From NCBI GenBank assembly GCA_036273095.1, contig DATAXF010000008.1, positions 10,769 to 74,768 of the forward strand: DNA of 64,000 nucleotides, written 5' to 3'. A program made the translations under genes and the position numbers. The DNA comes from Steroidobacteraceae bacterium. GTDB taxonomy: Bacteria; Pseudomonadota; Gammaproteobacteria; Steroidobacterales; Steroidobacteraceae. This document shows, piece by piece, positions 1-9,008 of this stretch. The notes beneath the pieces are model-generated. The model saw only the letters and a program-made list of their open reading frames with translations, was not told where the DNA came from and ran no database searches. How positions within the stretch are numbered: the first letter of the stretch is position 1; every line of letters begins with the position of its first letter.

Positions 1-70
1 GGTCGGCGGGCTGGCGCTGGGAGCCCCGTCGTTGATCACGGCCGCGTGAACATGCTTCGAGGGGAATTTC

Positions 71-1468
71 ATGCGCTTTGAGCGTATCAGTCCGATTACC
101 GGTCAAACGGTGAGCAGCGCCGCCGCAATGACGACCTCCGATGCCCGCGCGGTTGCCGACCGAGCGGCCGCCGGATTTCGGGCTTGGGCGGATATGGGAC
201 CCAACGCCCGTCGCGCTGTGCTCAACAAAGCCGCCGAGGCGCTCGAGCAGCGCCGCGATCAGTTCGTACAGGCAATGACCGATGAGCTCGGAGCGACCGC
301 CGGTTGGGCCATGTTCAATTTGATGCTTGCCGGCAGCATGACGCGAGAGGCCGCGGCGCTCACCACTCGCATCGGAGGCGAAGTCATTCCCTCCGATAAG
401 CCGGGCTGTCTTGCGATGTCGGTTCGGGAGCCGGTCGGCGTGGTATTGGGAATCGCGCCCTGGAATGCGCCGATCATTCTTGGCGTTCGCGCCATCGTCA
501 CCCCCCTCGCCTGCGGCAACTCGGTCATCCTCAAGGCCTCTGAGCTCAGTCCCCGCACCCACCAGCTCATCGTCGAGGCGTTCGCCAGCGCGGGCTTCCC
601 TGAAGGGGTCGTCAATCTGGTCACTAATGACCCTGAAGATGCCGGTGAGGTCGTCGGCGCACTGATTGACCATCCGGCCGTACGCCGGGTCAACTTCACC
701 GGATCGACCGCCGTAGGCCGAATCATCGCCAGGCGCTGCGCGGAAAACCTCAAGCCCTGTCTGCTCGAGCTCGGGGGCAAGGCGCCGTTCATAGTCCTCG
801 AGGACGCCAATCTCGATGAGGCAGTGAAAGCGGCCGCGTTCGGAGCCTTCATGAACCAGGGGCAGATCTGCATGTCCACGGAGAGGATCATTCCGGTTGC
901 CGGCATAGCAGAAGAATTCACGCGTCGATTTGTGGAGAAGGCGCGCTCGCTGAAGAGCGGGGATCCTCGGGAGGGGAAGACGGCACTCGGCGCCGTCGCG
1001 GACGGGCGTACAGTCGAGCACGTCAACGGCCTCATCGACGATGCAGTCTCCAACGGCGCTCGCGTCTTGGTCGGTGGCAAGGCCTCAGGCGTAGTGATGC
1101 CAGCGACGGTAGTCGACGGGGTTACTCCAAAGATGAAGCTGTACCGCGACGAGAGTTTCGGGCCGATCGTCGCCATAATACGTGCCGCCGACGAGGCCGA
1201 AGCCATCCGACTGGCCAACGACAGCGAGTATGGGCTCTCGGCAGCCGTCTTTACCGGTGATACCGCACGTGGATTGCGGGTCGCACGTCAGCTCCGCTCC
1301 GGCATGTGCCATATCAATGGCCCGACGGTTCATGACGAGGCTCAGATGCCATTTGGTGGTGTCGGCGCATCAGGGTACGGTCGCTTTGGGGGCGCCGCGG
1401 GCATCGATCAGTTCACCGAGCTGCGCTGGATTACCATCGAGACGCTCCCCGGACACTTCCCGATCTGA
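71..1468 (+). CDS. NAD(P)+-dependent aldehyde dehydrogenase family protein
   Basis: 465-aa ORF with ALDH hallmarks: FTGSTAVG cofactor segment, ELGGKAP (general-base Glu) and QGQICMSTER (catalytic Cys). GAGGGG Shine-Dalgarno-like sequence lies 6 nt before ATG 71. Confidence 0.9.
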   Translation: MRFERISPITGQTVSSAAAMTTSDARAVADRAAAGFRAWADMGPNARRAVLNKAAEALEQRRDQFVQAMTDELGATAGWAMFNLMLAGSMTREAAALTTRIGGEVIPSDKPGCLAMSVREPVGVVLGIAPWNAPIILGVRAIVTPLACGNSVILKASELSPRTHQLIVEAFASAGFPEGVVNLVTNDPEDAGEVVGALIDHPAVRRVNFTGSTAVGRIIARRCAENLKPCLLELGGKAPFIVLEDANLDEAVKAAAFGAFMNQGQICMSTERIIPVAGIAEEFTRRFVEKARSLKSGDPREGKTALGAVADGRTVEHVNGLIDDAVSNGARVLVGGKASGVVMPATVVDGVTPKMKLYRDESFGPIVAIIRAADEAEAIRLANDSEYGLSAAVFTGDTARGLRVARQLRSGMCHINGPTVHDEAQMPFGGVGASGYGRFGGAAGIDQFTELRWITIETLPGHFPI

Positions 1469-1485
1469 TCGAAACCGCACGTAAG

Positions 1486-1914
1486 TCATTCCGAGCTGGA
1501 AAGCCGCTTCCGCCAGGCGATCCAGCCGACGAGTATCGATACTGCCGCGGCGACAAGCGGCGCCACTCCGTGCCCGTATTCGCCGTGGAGCGTTACGGTC
1601 GCGAGCGCCGCCAACATCACGGTGCAGCCGAGCGCCGAGCCCCACAGCCGCGTCTGTGTCCGCGCCAGCAAAACGGCGGTCGTGAGTTCCAGCGATCCGG
1701 TTACGAAATGGAACCAGTGCGGGTATCCCCACCGCAGATATTCATCGTAGATCGATGTCGGGGCAAAGATGTTGGTGAGCGAGCCAATGACGAAGAAAGC
1801 GGCAAGTGCCAAGGCCGAGATCTCGCGCCAGGAAATCTTGGACATTTGTCGAGCCTTGTCCGATGAGAGCGGCCGTCCCGCTCCGCCCGTTGTACCCAAA
1901 ACAAGAATCTTCAT
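1486..1914 (-). CDS. DoxX-like small membrane protein preceded in frame by a Rossmann-fold N-terminal stub
   Basis: ORF 1486-1953. ATG 1914 has GGAG 6 nt upstream. From MSKISWREIS (ATG 1845) onward the product is about 4 hydrophobic helices of DoxX-like type. The first ~23 codons from 1914 read MKILVLGTTGGAGRPL (NAD(P)-binding Gly loop). Start 1914 versus 1845 is unresolved. Confidence 0.55.
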   Translation of the reverse strand: MKILVLGTTGGAGRPLSSDKARQMSKISWREISALALAAFFVIGSLTNIFAPTSIYDEYLRWGYPHWFHFVTGSLELTTAVLLARTQTRLWGSALGCTVMLAALATVTLHGEYGHGVAPLVAAAVSILVGWIAWRKRLSSSE

Positions 1915-2021
1915 GGTTAACTCCATCCTACTCAGTGTTGGCCCGCAATTCACATCGACCGAGCCATCTCAAACTCTCCGCCAGAATCGCGACGTGCGTC
2001 GGGTGCCGCTGATCCGCGGAC

Positions 2022-2894
2022 CTATGCCGTGGCGGCCTTCCGAGCCGCCGAGAAAACATCGCGGGGAGACGTCGTGCCCACGACGTGCTCCGTACGCTCG
2101 ACCCCGAGGTCCATCCATCCCGCATTGACGGCCTCGAACATTGCTTCGGCTGGTCCGGTCTGGCCCTTCGGAATGCCGAACTGCTCGAATGCTGCCGCCC
2201 ACCCGGCCCGCGGGATGGCAAAGGCTTTGACGTCGAGCTTCATGACTTCACCCAATTGCGCAGCGACTTCATCCGCGCTCACCATCGAGCCGAGTTCGAT
2301 GACCCGATGCCCTGACCACGCCGGCCCGCTCAGAAGCGCTGCCACCTCGGCGCCGATATCGCTTGTCGCGACCATGGTCGATTTCCGATTTGTCGGGTTG
2401 TAGTAGACGGGTAGCGCGCCGCCCCGGGCGACATGCAGGCCGTAAAGGAAGTTTTCGAAAAACCCGCCGGCTCTCACATATGCGATCGGCAATGTCAGGT
2501 CGCAAAAGCCCCGCTCCAGAAGCGACAGGGCCGTGATCATCCCTAGCCCGCTGGTTCTGTTCGCGCCCATCGACGAGAGGGCGACGACCCGCGCCGTCCG
2601 CGCTTTGGTAAGCGCCTCGACATAGTTCGCAATGACGCTCTTGGCTTCCTTGAAATCCGGCGAGGGGGTCCAGACGGCCGGCAGCATGACAAACGCGCCG
2701 TCGACACCCTCGAGCGCCCGCCCGATGGCAGCCGCATCGTTCCAGTCGCCGTCGACTAGTTCGACGCCCTTGTCCGTCCAGCTTGCCGCCTTTGCGCGGT
2801 TGCGGACCAGCGCGCGTACCTTCTTGCCTTGCGCCAGCAGATGCGTTGCCGTCGCGCCACCAACTTTTCCTGTAATTCCCATCACCAAATGCAT
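2022..2894 (-). CDS. NmrA-family NAD(P)-binding protein
   Basis: ATG 2894 gives MHLVMGITGKVGGATATHLL (GxxGxxG loop) followed by an NmrA-like body. The longer ORF to 3023 would cross the divergent HxlR promoter and start. Confidence 0.85.
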   Translation of the reverse strand: MHLVMGITGKVGGATATHLLAQGKKVRALVRNRAKAASWTDKGVELVDGDWNDAAAIGRALEGVDGAFVMLPAVWTPSPDFKEAKSVIANYVEALTKARTARVVALSSMGANRTSGLGMITALSLLERGFCDLTLPIAYVRAGGFFENFLYGLHVARGGALPVYYNPTNRKSTMVATSDIGAEVAALLSGPAWSGHRVIELGSMVSADEVAAQLGEVMKLDVKAFAIPRAGWAAAFEQFGIPKGQTGPAEAMFEAVNAGWMDLGVERTEHVVGTTSPRDVFSAARKAATA

Positions 2895-2933
2895 GCGTTT
2901 TCTCCTGGTCCCATATGGTCTATGATTGAGAGC

Positions 2934-2957
2934 AGGTCTAATATATAGACCTAGGTC
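2934..2957. promoter_or_regulatory. Overlapping palindromes in the NmrA/HxlR divergent promoter (candidate HxlR operator)
   Basis: AGGTCTA-ATATA-TAGACCT (2934-2952, 7-bp perfect arms) overlaps the 10-bp perfect palindrome GACCTAGGTC (2948-2957). Both sit in the 116-bp space between the two start codons. Confidence 0.3.
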
Positions 2958-3010
2958 CTGCGCCGTAAGGAGGCAGTTTTTTGTTACCAGGAGAGACTCG
3001 AGGAACCCGT

Positions 3011-3433
3011 ATGAGCACCGCATTGAGCGCGATCGAGCGATTCAGCCGATATCAATCGGAAGATGCCCAGTCAGTTGACCCCGTACACTGCCCGGTGCGC
3101 GACGTGCTCGACCGCATCGGCGACAAATGGAGCATGCTCATGATCATGACCCTCGCGACGCGACCACAGCGCTTCAGCGAGCTTCGCCGCGCAATCCGCG
3201 ACATTTCCAAGCGCATGCTCACCCAGACCCTGCGCGATTTGGAACGCGACGGGCTGATCACCCGTCATGTCTTTCCAACCAAGCCGCCGAGTGTCGAATA
3301 TCGTCTGGCCCCGCTAGGCCAATCCCTGCTGGAACCGATGGCGAACCTCATCGATTGGGCCGACCGTCGTTATTCCGATATCCGTGCCGCGCGCGCCCGC
3401 TTTGACGGCGCACCCGGTGATGTTCCGGGCTAA
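3011..3433 (+). CDS. HxlR-family winged-helix transcriptional regulator
   Basis: ATG 3011 with GAGGAA 6 nt upstream. HxlR core [22 protein letters not shown]...[30 protein letters not shown]. Divergent to an NmrA gene, the usual HxlR/NmrA pairing. Confidence 0.85.
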   Translation: MSTALSAIERFSRYQSEDAQSVDPVHCPVRDVLDRIGDKWSMLMIMTLATRPQRFSELRRAIRDISKRMLTQTLRDLERDGLITRHVFPTKPPSVEYRLAPLGQSLLEPMANLIDWADRRYSDIRAARARFDGAPGDVPG

Positions 3434-3558
3434 TTCTCTGCCAACCGGCTTCGCTTCAGTATAGGCCTCGCGGTCCGTGCCGATATTGCCTGGAGAGGGC
3501 GAACTTCGTTTCTGCATATTCCCGGCGAACCGCTTCGTCACTCCTTGGCAGATCGCGA

Positions 3559-4446
3559 ATGGCGGCGACAACGAAGAACTTTCTCATGATGTTGAATCGA
3601 CGCGCCCTCTTTTCCGCAATACCGGGTCTGATCGCGTGGTCGGCGCTCTCCCGGGAGGCGCCGCGCGCATTAGTGGCCTATGAGCGTGATAGCGGCGGGC
3701 GAATTGGGCTCTACGCGGAAAATCTGACGACAGGTGTAAGGATCTCTTGGCGCGCGAACGAGCGCTTCGTGATGTGCAGCACGTTCAAAGCCTCGCTAGC
3801 CGCAATGATCCTCGCGCGCGCCGATCATGGCCAGGACCAGCTGAACCAAATGATTTCCTACGGGCCTCAGGACGTGCCCGACTGGTATGCGCCCATGGCC
3901 AGGAAAAACCTGGCCAAGGGAGCCATGTCGGTGGCCGACATGTGCGAAGCGGCGGTTGAGTACAGTGATAACACCTGCGCAAACCTATTGCTGGCGAGGG
4001 TCGGCGGACCGGCCGCGCTCACGGCCTTCTGGCGCTCGATCGGCGATGCCGTCACGCGCCTGGACCACAACGAGCCGATTCTGAACCGCTCGCCCCCGGG
4101 CGACCCGCATGACACGACCACCCCCGCAGCGATGGCAGGTAACCTGCGCCGCCTTTTGGTAGGAAGAGTTCTGTCGCCGGGTTCGCGCGAACGCCTCACC
4201 AGATGGATGGTGGACTGCAAGACGGGAGACGATCGCTTGCGTGGTGGTATTCCCAAGACTTGGACGATCGCCGACAAGACGGGCAACAACGGTAAAGACG
4301 CGTCCGGCGACATCGCCGTGACATGGCCCAAGCCGGAAGTGCCCATAGTGATCTGCGCCTACACCCAGGGCGGATCACCCTCGGCCGCCCGGTTGACCAG
4401 CGTTTTCGCTGACATCGGTCGGATGGTCGGCCAGCAACTTGGCTGA
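3559..4446 (+). CDS. bla: Class A serine beta-lactamase, Tat-type signal likely
   Basis: All four class A motifs occur in order: STFK (S70xxK), SDN, EPILN (E166xxxN170), KTG. The N-terminus LNRRALFSAIPGLIAWSALS resembles a twin-arginine signal. Exact start (3559, 3586 or 3589) is uncertain. Confidence 0.9.
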   Translation: MAATTKNFLMMLNRRALFSAIPGLIAWSALSREAPRALVAYERDSGGRIGLYAENLTTGVRISWRANERFVMCSTFKASLAAMILARADHGQDQLNQMISYGPQDVPDWYAPMARKNLAKGAMSVADMCEAAVEYSDNTCANLLLARVGGPAALTAFWRSIGDAVTRLDHNEPILNRSPPGDPHDTTTPAAMAGNLRRLLVGRVLSPGSRERLTRWMVDCKTGDDRLRGGIPKTWTIADKTGNNGKDASGDIAVTWPKPEVPIVICAYTQGGSPSAARLTSVFADIGRMVGQQLG

Positions 4447-4470
4447 CCCTGCGGCAACGTTGCCGGAAGG

Positions 4471-4701
4471 CACGCGAGCGCTGTAGGCGTAAGTCAGCAG
4501 CGCGCCGCCGATGAGGAGCATGGGCAGCGACAGCACCTGGCCCATGGTGAGCCAACCCTACGCGAGATAGCCGATCTGCAGATCGGGCACGCGGACCAAC
4601 TCGATGAGGAAGCGGAAGGTGCCGTAAAGCAACAGGAAGAGACCGGAGGGCGCCAACCGCGGGCGCGATTTCGAGGTGAACCACCACATCACGATGAACA
4701 T
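4471..4701 (-). pseudogene. lgt: 3' fragment of prolipoprotein diacylglyceryl transferase (lgt) with in-frame TAG
   Basis: My own translation of the minus strand from 4701 reads [75 protein letters not shown]. This matches the C-terminal ~75 residues of Lgt as I remember them (..[24 protein letters not shown]...ISMGQILSIPMI..). The stop is at 4558-4560. There is no upstream Lgt sequence (frame closed at 4708-4710) and the native stop is missing. Confidence 0.6.
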
Positions 4702-4843
4702 ATATACTCATGGCCGACGGCCGCGTCCGCTTCAGGGTCAATCCAATAGGCAGGTCTCTTGGAAAGGTGGTCAACGGCAAGTAAGCTCGGTGTCTCTCTG
4801 CCCCATCCGGCTCTTTTGTGGTTTCGTGGGAGGGCTACGTCAC

Positions 4844-5302
4844 ATGATCCCATTTGAAGCTCAGCGCCTCGACCATCTCGTTCTTCGGGTTCGCGATCTC
4901 GAAACCTCAGTGAATTTTTACCTGAGAGTCCTTGGATGCAAGGTGGCAAGGCGGCGGGATGACCTCGGGCTCATTCATATTCAGACAGGTGCATCGATGA
5001 TCGATCTCGTGTCTATCGAAGGCCCTCTCGGCAAGAAGGGCGGCGCCGCACCGGCTGCTGGCGCCAGAAACCTGGACCATTTGTGCGTACGCGTCGAGCC
5101 GTTCGATGAGACAGTCATACGTCGCCACCTCGCGGAGCACAATGTGCAACCAAGTGGTCCTGCTACGGTCAACTTCGGCGCCGAAGGAGAGGGGCCTTCC
5201 CTTTACATTGAAGACCCCGACGGAAACGTCATCGAGCTGAAAGGGCCGCCGAACGCATCAACGCGAAAGGCACAGCACGGAACAAGCTCCGATCCGCCTT
5301 AG
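4844..5302 (+). CDS. VOC/glyoxalase-family protein
   Basis: ATG 4844. Paired beta-alpha-beta-beta-beta modules: LDHLVLRVRDLETSVNFY, LDHLCVRVEP, LYIEDPDGNVIEL. Confidence 0.8.
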   Translation: MIPFEAQRLDHLVLRVRDLETSVNFYLRVLGCKVARRRDDLGLIHIQTGASMIDLVSIEGPLGKKGGAAPAAGARNLDHLCVRVEPFDETVIRRHLAEHNVQPSGPATVNFGAEGEGPSLYIEDPDGNVIELKGPPNASTRKAQHGTSSDPP

Positions 5303-5324
5303 GCCTCTGCAGCGCGGGCTCGCC

Positions 5325-5684
5325 CTACGACCCCGTATAGCGCCAACCGATGGCGATGAATTTCCCGCCATTTTTTATGGCGAGGCCTTCGTTCCGCTTG
5401 ATGTCCGCTTTCGCCTTGTCGACACTGTCGAAATACGCGCATCCGGGGAAGCCGTCCATTCCGGAATATTTCTCCGCCATGTAGGCTTTCATCGCGCGCG
5501 TCATCCTCCTGCCGGTGGTGTTGCCGCCAACGCCGCTATTGACCACCGGTCCAAACGCATCGCTGAAATAAGTAAGCTTTTGATTGTTCTTCGGCGTGAA
5601 CTGGCAATACCAATACGTGCCTGCCAACGCGCCGCCCGGCAACCCGATGCAGAACGCAAGAGCAATTGCAGAAATCGATTTCAA
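5325..5684 (-). CDS. Hypothetical secreted protein
   Basis: TTG 5684 is preceded by GGAG 9 nt upstream. It gives a signal-peptide-like N-terminus KSISAIALAFCIGLPGGALA. The ATG version (5753) would overlap the 3' end of the upstream gene. No family recognised. Confidence 0.45.
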   Translation of the reverse strand: MKSISAIALAFCIGLPGGALAGTYWYCQFTPKNNQKLTYFSDAFGPVVNSGVGGNTTGRRMTRAMKAYMAEKYSGMDGFPGCAYFDSVDKAKADIKRNEGLAIKNGGKFIAIGWRYTGS

Positions 5685-5749
5685 CGTACCGATCTCCAGA
5701 CGAATGAGACTGTTGGCTTGGTCGGGCTCTCGGGGAGAGGGCGAAAGTG

Positions 5750-8524
5750 TCAACGGCCGCCGGACTGCCCAGACTCGCTCTGGAGCTGCGCGAGCGTGCG
5801 CTTGAGCGCCTCGAGCTTCTTCCCGGCCTCCGCGAGCTTGCCCGCCGCCGTGAGTTGCTGGTAATCCGCGAAATCCTGCGCGGCCGCATCGATCAGGGCA
5901 TTCAATCCGGCCTTGGGACCCTGCTGCGCCTCGACACGCCCCGCAGTGACCTGGGCGGGGGCCGCCGCCGAGCCCGCCGCGCCCTCTTGTACGCTCAACG
6001 TCGACGGCGCCCCCTGGAACAGCGCTGCCATAGCCGTCTCGTACGTCGGACCGTACGCAAGCCGGTTCTGCAGCGCGAGCACCACCAGGCGCAGCTCCGG
6101 CATCGGGCTGTTGGCCGCTTGCAGATAGATCGGCTCGGCGTACAACAGCGCCTTGCCGACCGGAATGACGATGAGGCTGCCTCGGCGCACGTGCGAGCCT
6201 TGCTGGTTCCAGAGCGTCAGCTGGCCCGAGATCGAAGCGTTCTGATCGATGCGCGCCTCGACCTGCAAGGGACCGTCGACCAGCTTCGACTTCGGAAAGT
6301 CATACACCACCGCCTCACCGTAGTGCACGCCGTCGCTGCGGCCACCGATCCACCCGATGAGATTGTTGCGGTTGGCAGGAGTGAAAGGCAGGATGTCGAT
6401 GAATTCCGGCGCCTGCTCCCCGGGCAGCGTCATGAGCACGTAATTCGCTTCCACGTCCTGCGGGCCCTCCTCCTGAGTACGGACCTCCGTCGCGACCTGC
6501 CAGAGATCTTCGCGGTTGTAGAATACTTCCGGATCGGTCATGTGATACAGCGCGTAGACCTCGGCCTGAGCGGTGAGCAGCAACTCAGGGTACCGCACGT
6601 GCGCGCGCAAATCCGCCGGCATGGCCGACTCGTCCCGGAACAGCGCCGGGAACAGATTGCGGTACGCCCCGAGAACGGGGTCCTTCGAGTCGAACACGTA
6701 GAACGTCGTCGCACCCGAGTGGGCGTCGATGACGATCTTCACGCTGTTGCGGATGTAGTTGAACGACTGATCGCCGAGCAGATAGCGCCGCGAATAGGGA
6801 TAGGTGTCCGAGGTTGTATAGGCGTCGATGATCCAGTAGAGCTTGCCGTCGCTCGCCACGACGATGTAGGGATCGGGGTCGAACGTGAGGAACGGCGCGA
6901 GCTCATGCGCCCGCACGAGGATATTGCGGCGCATGAGCAGGCGGCTGTCGTCGGTCACGTCGTCGCTGAAGGGGAGCTTGGCGATATCGCCCCGGTCGTA
7001 AGCAATGAGCGTACGACGTAGCAGCCCGCCGAGCGGGATGCCGCCGTCGCCCTGAAAAGAAGCCAGATTGTTCTGCTCGCCCTGCGGGTAGTTGAACTCT
7101 CTCTGGCGGGTCCTCACGTAGACGTCGGTGTCGGTGAGCTGGCCGAAGTAGATCTGCGGCTGGGTGATCCTGAGGCCCGGGAGGGAGCTCTCGACCGGCA
7201 TGTTCTGCAGAACGAGATCCGGCAGGCCCTCCGGCGTGAAGCCGTTGACGGAAGTCATCGCGACGCCGTAGCCGTGGGTATAGATGAGCTTCTCGTTGAT
7301 CCAGGTCTGGCTGCTCACCGGCAGCTTCTGCACGTTGAGCTCGCGCGCCGCGAGCATCATCTCGCGCAGGTGACCTCCTACCCAGTACCGATCGATGTCG
7401 ATTTCGGGGAAGTCGTAGTACGTGCGGATCTCCTGGATCTGGCGCAACGTATCCTGCAGCGCCCGCCAGTCCCACAGGCGGATGTTGTCGAGCGTCGTTT
7501 GATTCTGCGACGGATCGACGGCCACGATTCCGGCATCGGCCGGGAACGGATGGACCTGGATCCGATCCAGGTCGTAAGCCCGGCGGGTGAGCTCGATGTT
7601 GTACGCAATGTAGGGCCGCTCACGGTTGAGCTGATTCGGCCTGACGATCAGGGTGCTGACGTACCACGCCACGAGCTGTACGGCGATGTAGCACACGACT
7701 GCCGGAACCACCGAGCCGACGATCCATATCAGCCGCGGCGCACGCACGGCGGCCGTCAGGGCGATGGCGGCGCCCACAAGCAGCGCCCCACACACCACGA
7801 GCAGGCCGGCGAGCGTGATGTGGGCCTGGGTGTAGTCGACTCCCGAGAAGATCGTGTGATCGCCGAACACCAGGTCGAACCGCCCGAAGTACACCTGCAC
7901 CATGACGGTGAGCAGGAGTGCGGCGACTGCGATCGCAAGCCCTCGCCAGGACCGTGTCGGGTTGGCCACGATGCGCTGGCGGGTAAGCGCGAGCGCCCCG
8001 GCCGTGAAGCCGACGAACAGGGCCGCGACGGCGCAAACTATCGCCGCGAGCATCGTGAGCCATCCCGCGAGCAGCTCCCACGCAGGAAGCTGGAAAAGGT
8101 AAAAGCCCAAGGACCTGCCGAAAATGGGATCGAGCGTGGTGGTGTGCGGGGCGTACCGCCAGAGCACCAGAGTCGTCCAGCTCCCGGACAGAGTCGCGCC
8201 GGCCTGGGCCGCGATCACAACGAATACTACGAGCGCCCCCAGATTCACCAGTGGCCCGATCGGCAGGTCCACGCGCTGCCGGTTGACCAGGATTGTCGCT
8301 CCCGGCAGCTCGCCGAAATGCTGGGGCCGAAGCGTCCAGTACGCCCCGTAGAGCACGATGAACGTGACGACGGCGAAAGCACAGAAAACCGCGATTCGCA
8401 GGTCGAGCCGCATCCAGAACACCGACGCATAGCCGAGCGCGCCGAACCAGAGGGAGTCGACGTAGTACGATATGGTGGTGGAACAGAGGTAGGCCACGAC
8501 GACCACCACAACGATCGTAAGCAT
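5750..8524 (-). CDS. UPF0182-family large membrane protein
   Basis: Arg-rich N-terminus followed by about 7 hydrophobic helices (LTIVVVVVVAYL..., YYVDSLWFGALGY). A large soluble domain contains YWIIDAYTTSDTYPYS, which I recognise as UPF0182-typical. Ala/Gln-rich coiled C-terminal tail. Start is placed at the first ATG (8524). Confidence 0.8.
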   Translation of the reverse strand: MLTIVVVVVVAYLCSTTISYYVDSLWFGALGYASVFWMRLDLRIAVFCAFAVVTFIVLYGAYWTLRPQHFGELPGATILVNRQRVDLPIGPLVNLGALVVFVVIAAQAGATLSGSWTTLVLWRYAPHTTTLDPIFGRSLGFYLFQLPAWELLAGWLTMLAAIVCAVAALFVGFTAGALALTRQRIVANPTRSWRGLAIAVAALLLTVMVQVYFGRFDLVFGDHTIFSGVDYTQAHITLAGLLVVCGALLVGAAIALTAAVRAPRLIWIVGSVVPAVVCYIAVQLVAWYVSTLIVRPNQLNRERPYIAYNIELTRRAYDLDRIQVHPFPADAGIVAVDPSQNQTTLDNIRLWDWRALQDTLRQIQEIRTYYDFPEIDIDRYWVGGHLREMMLAARELNVQKLPVSSQTWINEKLIYTHGYGVAMTSVNGFTPEGLPDLVLQNMPVESSLPGLRITQPQIYFGQLTDTDVYVRTRQREFNYPQGEQNNLASFQGDGGIPLGGLLRRTLIAYDRGDIAKLPFSDDVTDDSRLLMRRNILVRAHELAPFLTFDPDPYIVVASDGKLYWIIDAYTTSDTYPYSRRYLLGDQSFNYIRNSVKIVIDAHSGATTFYVFDSKDPVLGAYRNLFPALFRDESAMPADLRAHVRYPELLLTAQAEVYALYHMTDPEVFYNREDLWQVATEVRTQEEGPQDVEANYVLMTLPGEQAPEFIDILPFTPANRNNLIGWIGGRSDGVHYGEAVVYDFPKSKLVDGPLQVEARIDQNASISGQLTLWNQQGSHVRRGSLIVIPVGKALLYAEPIYLQAANSPMPELRLVVLALQNRLAYGPTYETAMAALFQGAPSTLSVQEGAAGSAAAPAQVTAGRVEAQQGPKAGLNALIDAAAQDFADYQQLTAAGKLAEAGKKLEALKRTLAQLQSESGQSGGR

Positions 8525-8612
8525 CAGCGTCCGTGGTCCGCGCGACCGCGAACGCGGCGGCCTTGGACCGCCGGATTGGCCTACCCGCTCGAACGGATTG
8601 CTTCTCAAGGCC

Positions 8613-8981
8613 TCACTCCACGAGAAGGTCGAATTCCCGAAGCCAACTCGTCGTGCGTTCCATACGTGACGCCGTGCCTGTCTCGAGCGTGACGACGAGG
8701 GTTTTATCGTGGGGTAACAGCGCGGAGGATCTGCCCGACCGTGGTGACTGCAAGTGCGATTGCACCTGCAGCACATTCTCGAATCTCGGGTTTGCCGCAA
8801 CCAGAAAGGCCACCATCGAACCGTCGTACGACATCTCCACGAATTGCACCTTGCCCATGTCCGCCAGCACTTCCTTGAGGACCGGCACAGACTCCGCCAG
8901 GCGGTTCTTCAAGTCACCACGGTCCTTGTCGAACCTGACCAGTATCAGGTAGGGGATGAATACTTCGTCGTCTGTGGTCAT
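8613..8981 (-). CDS. Hypothetical protein (122 aa)
   Basis: Clean ORF between RidA and UPF0182 on the same strand. No recognisable motif. Coding-like composition. Confidence 0.45.
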   Translation of the reverse strand: MTTDDEVFIPYLILVRFDKDRGDLKNRLAESVPVLKEVLADMGKVQFVEMSYDGSMVAFLVAANPRFENVLQVQSHLQSPRSGRSSALLPHDKTLVVTLETGTASRMERTTSWLREFDLLVE

Positions 8982-9008
8982 TTGAGTGTCCTCGCCGCCG
9001 GCGGCGCT

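Noticed and set aside
1-70. Possible 3' end of an upstream plus-strand gene (frames closing at TGA 33-35 or 47-49).
   Set aside because: Only about 15 codons are visible. It cannot be supported.
4196-4780. 194-aa minus-strand ORF spanning the bla 3' end and the bla-VOC spacer.
   Set aside because: Arg-rich, overlaps bla, and has no motif. The only protein-like signal in this spacer is the lgt fragment in a different frame.
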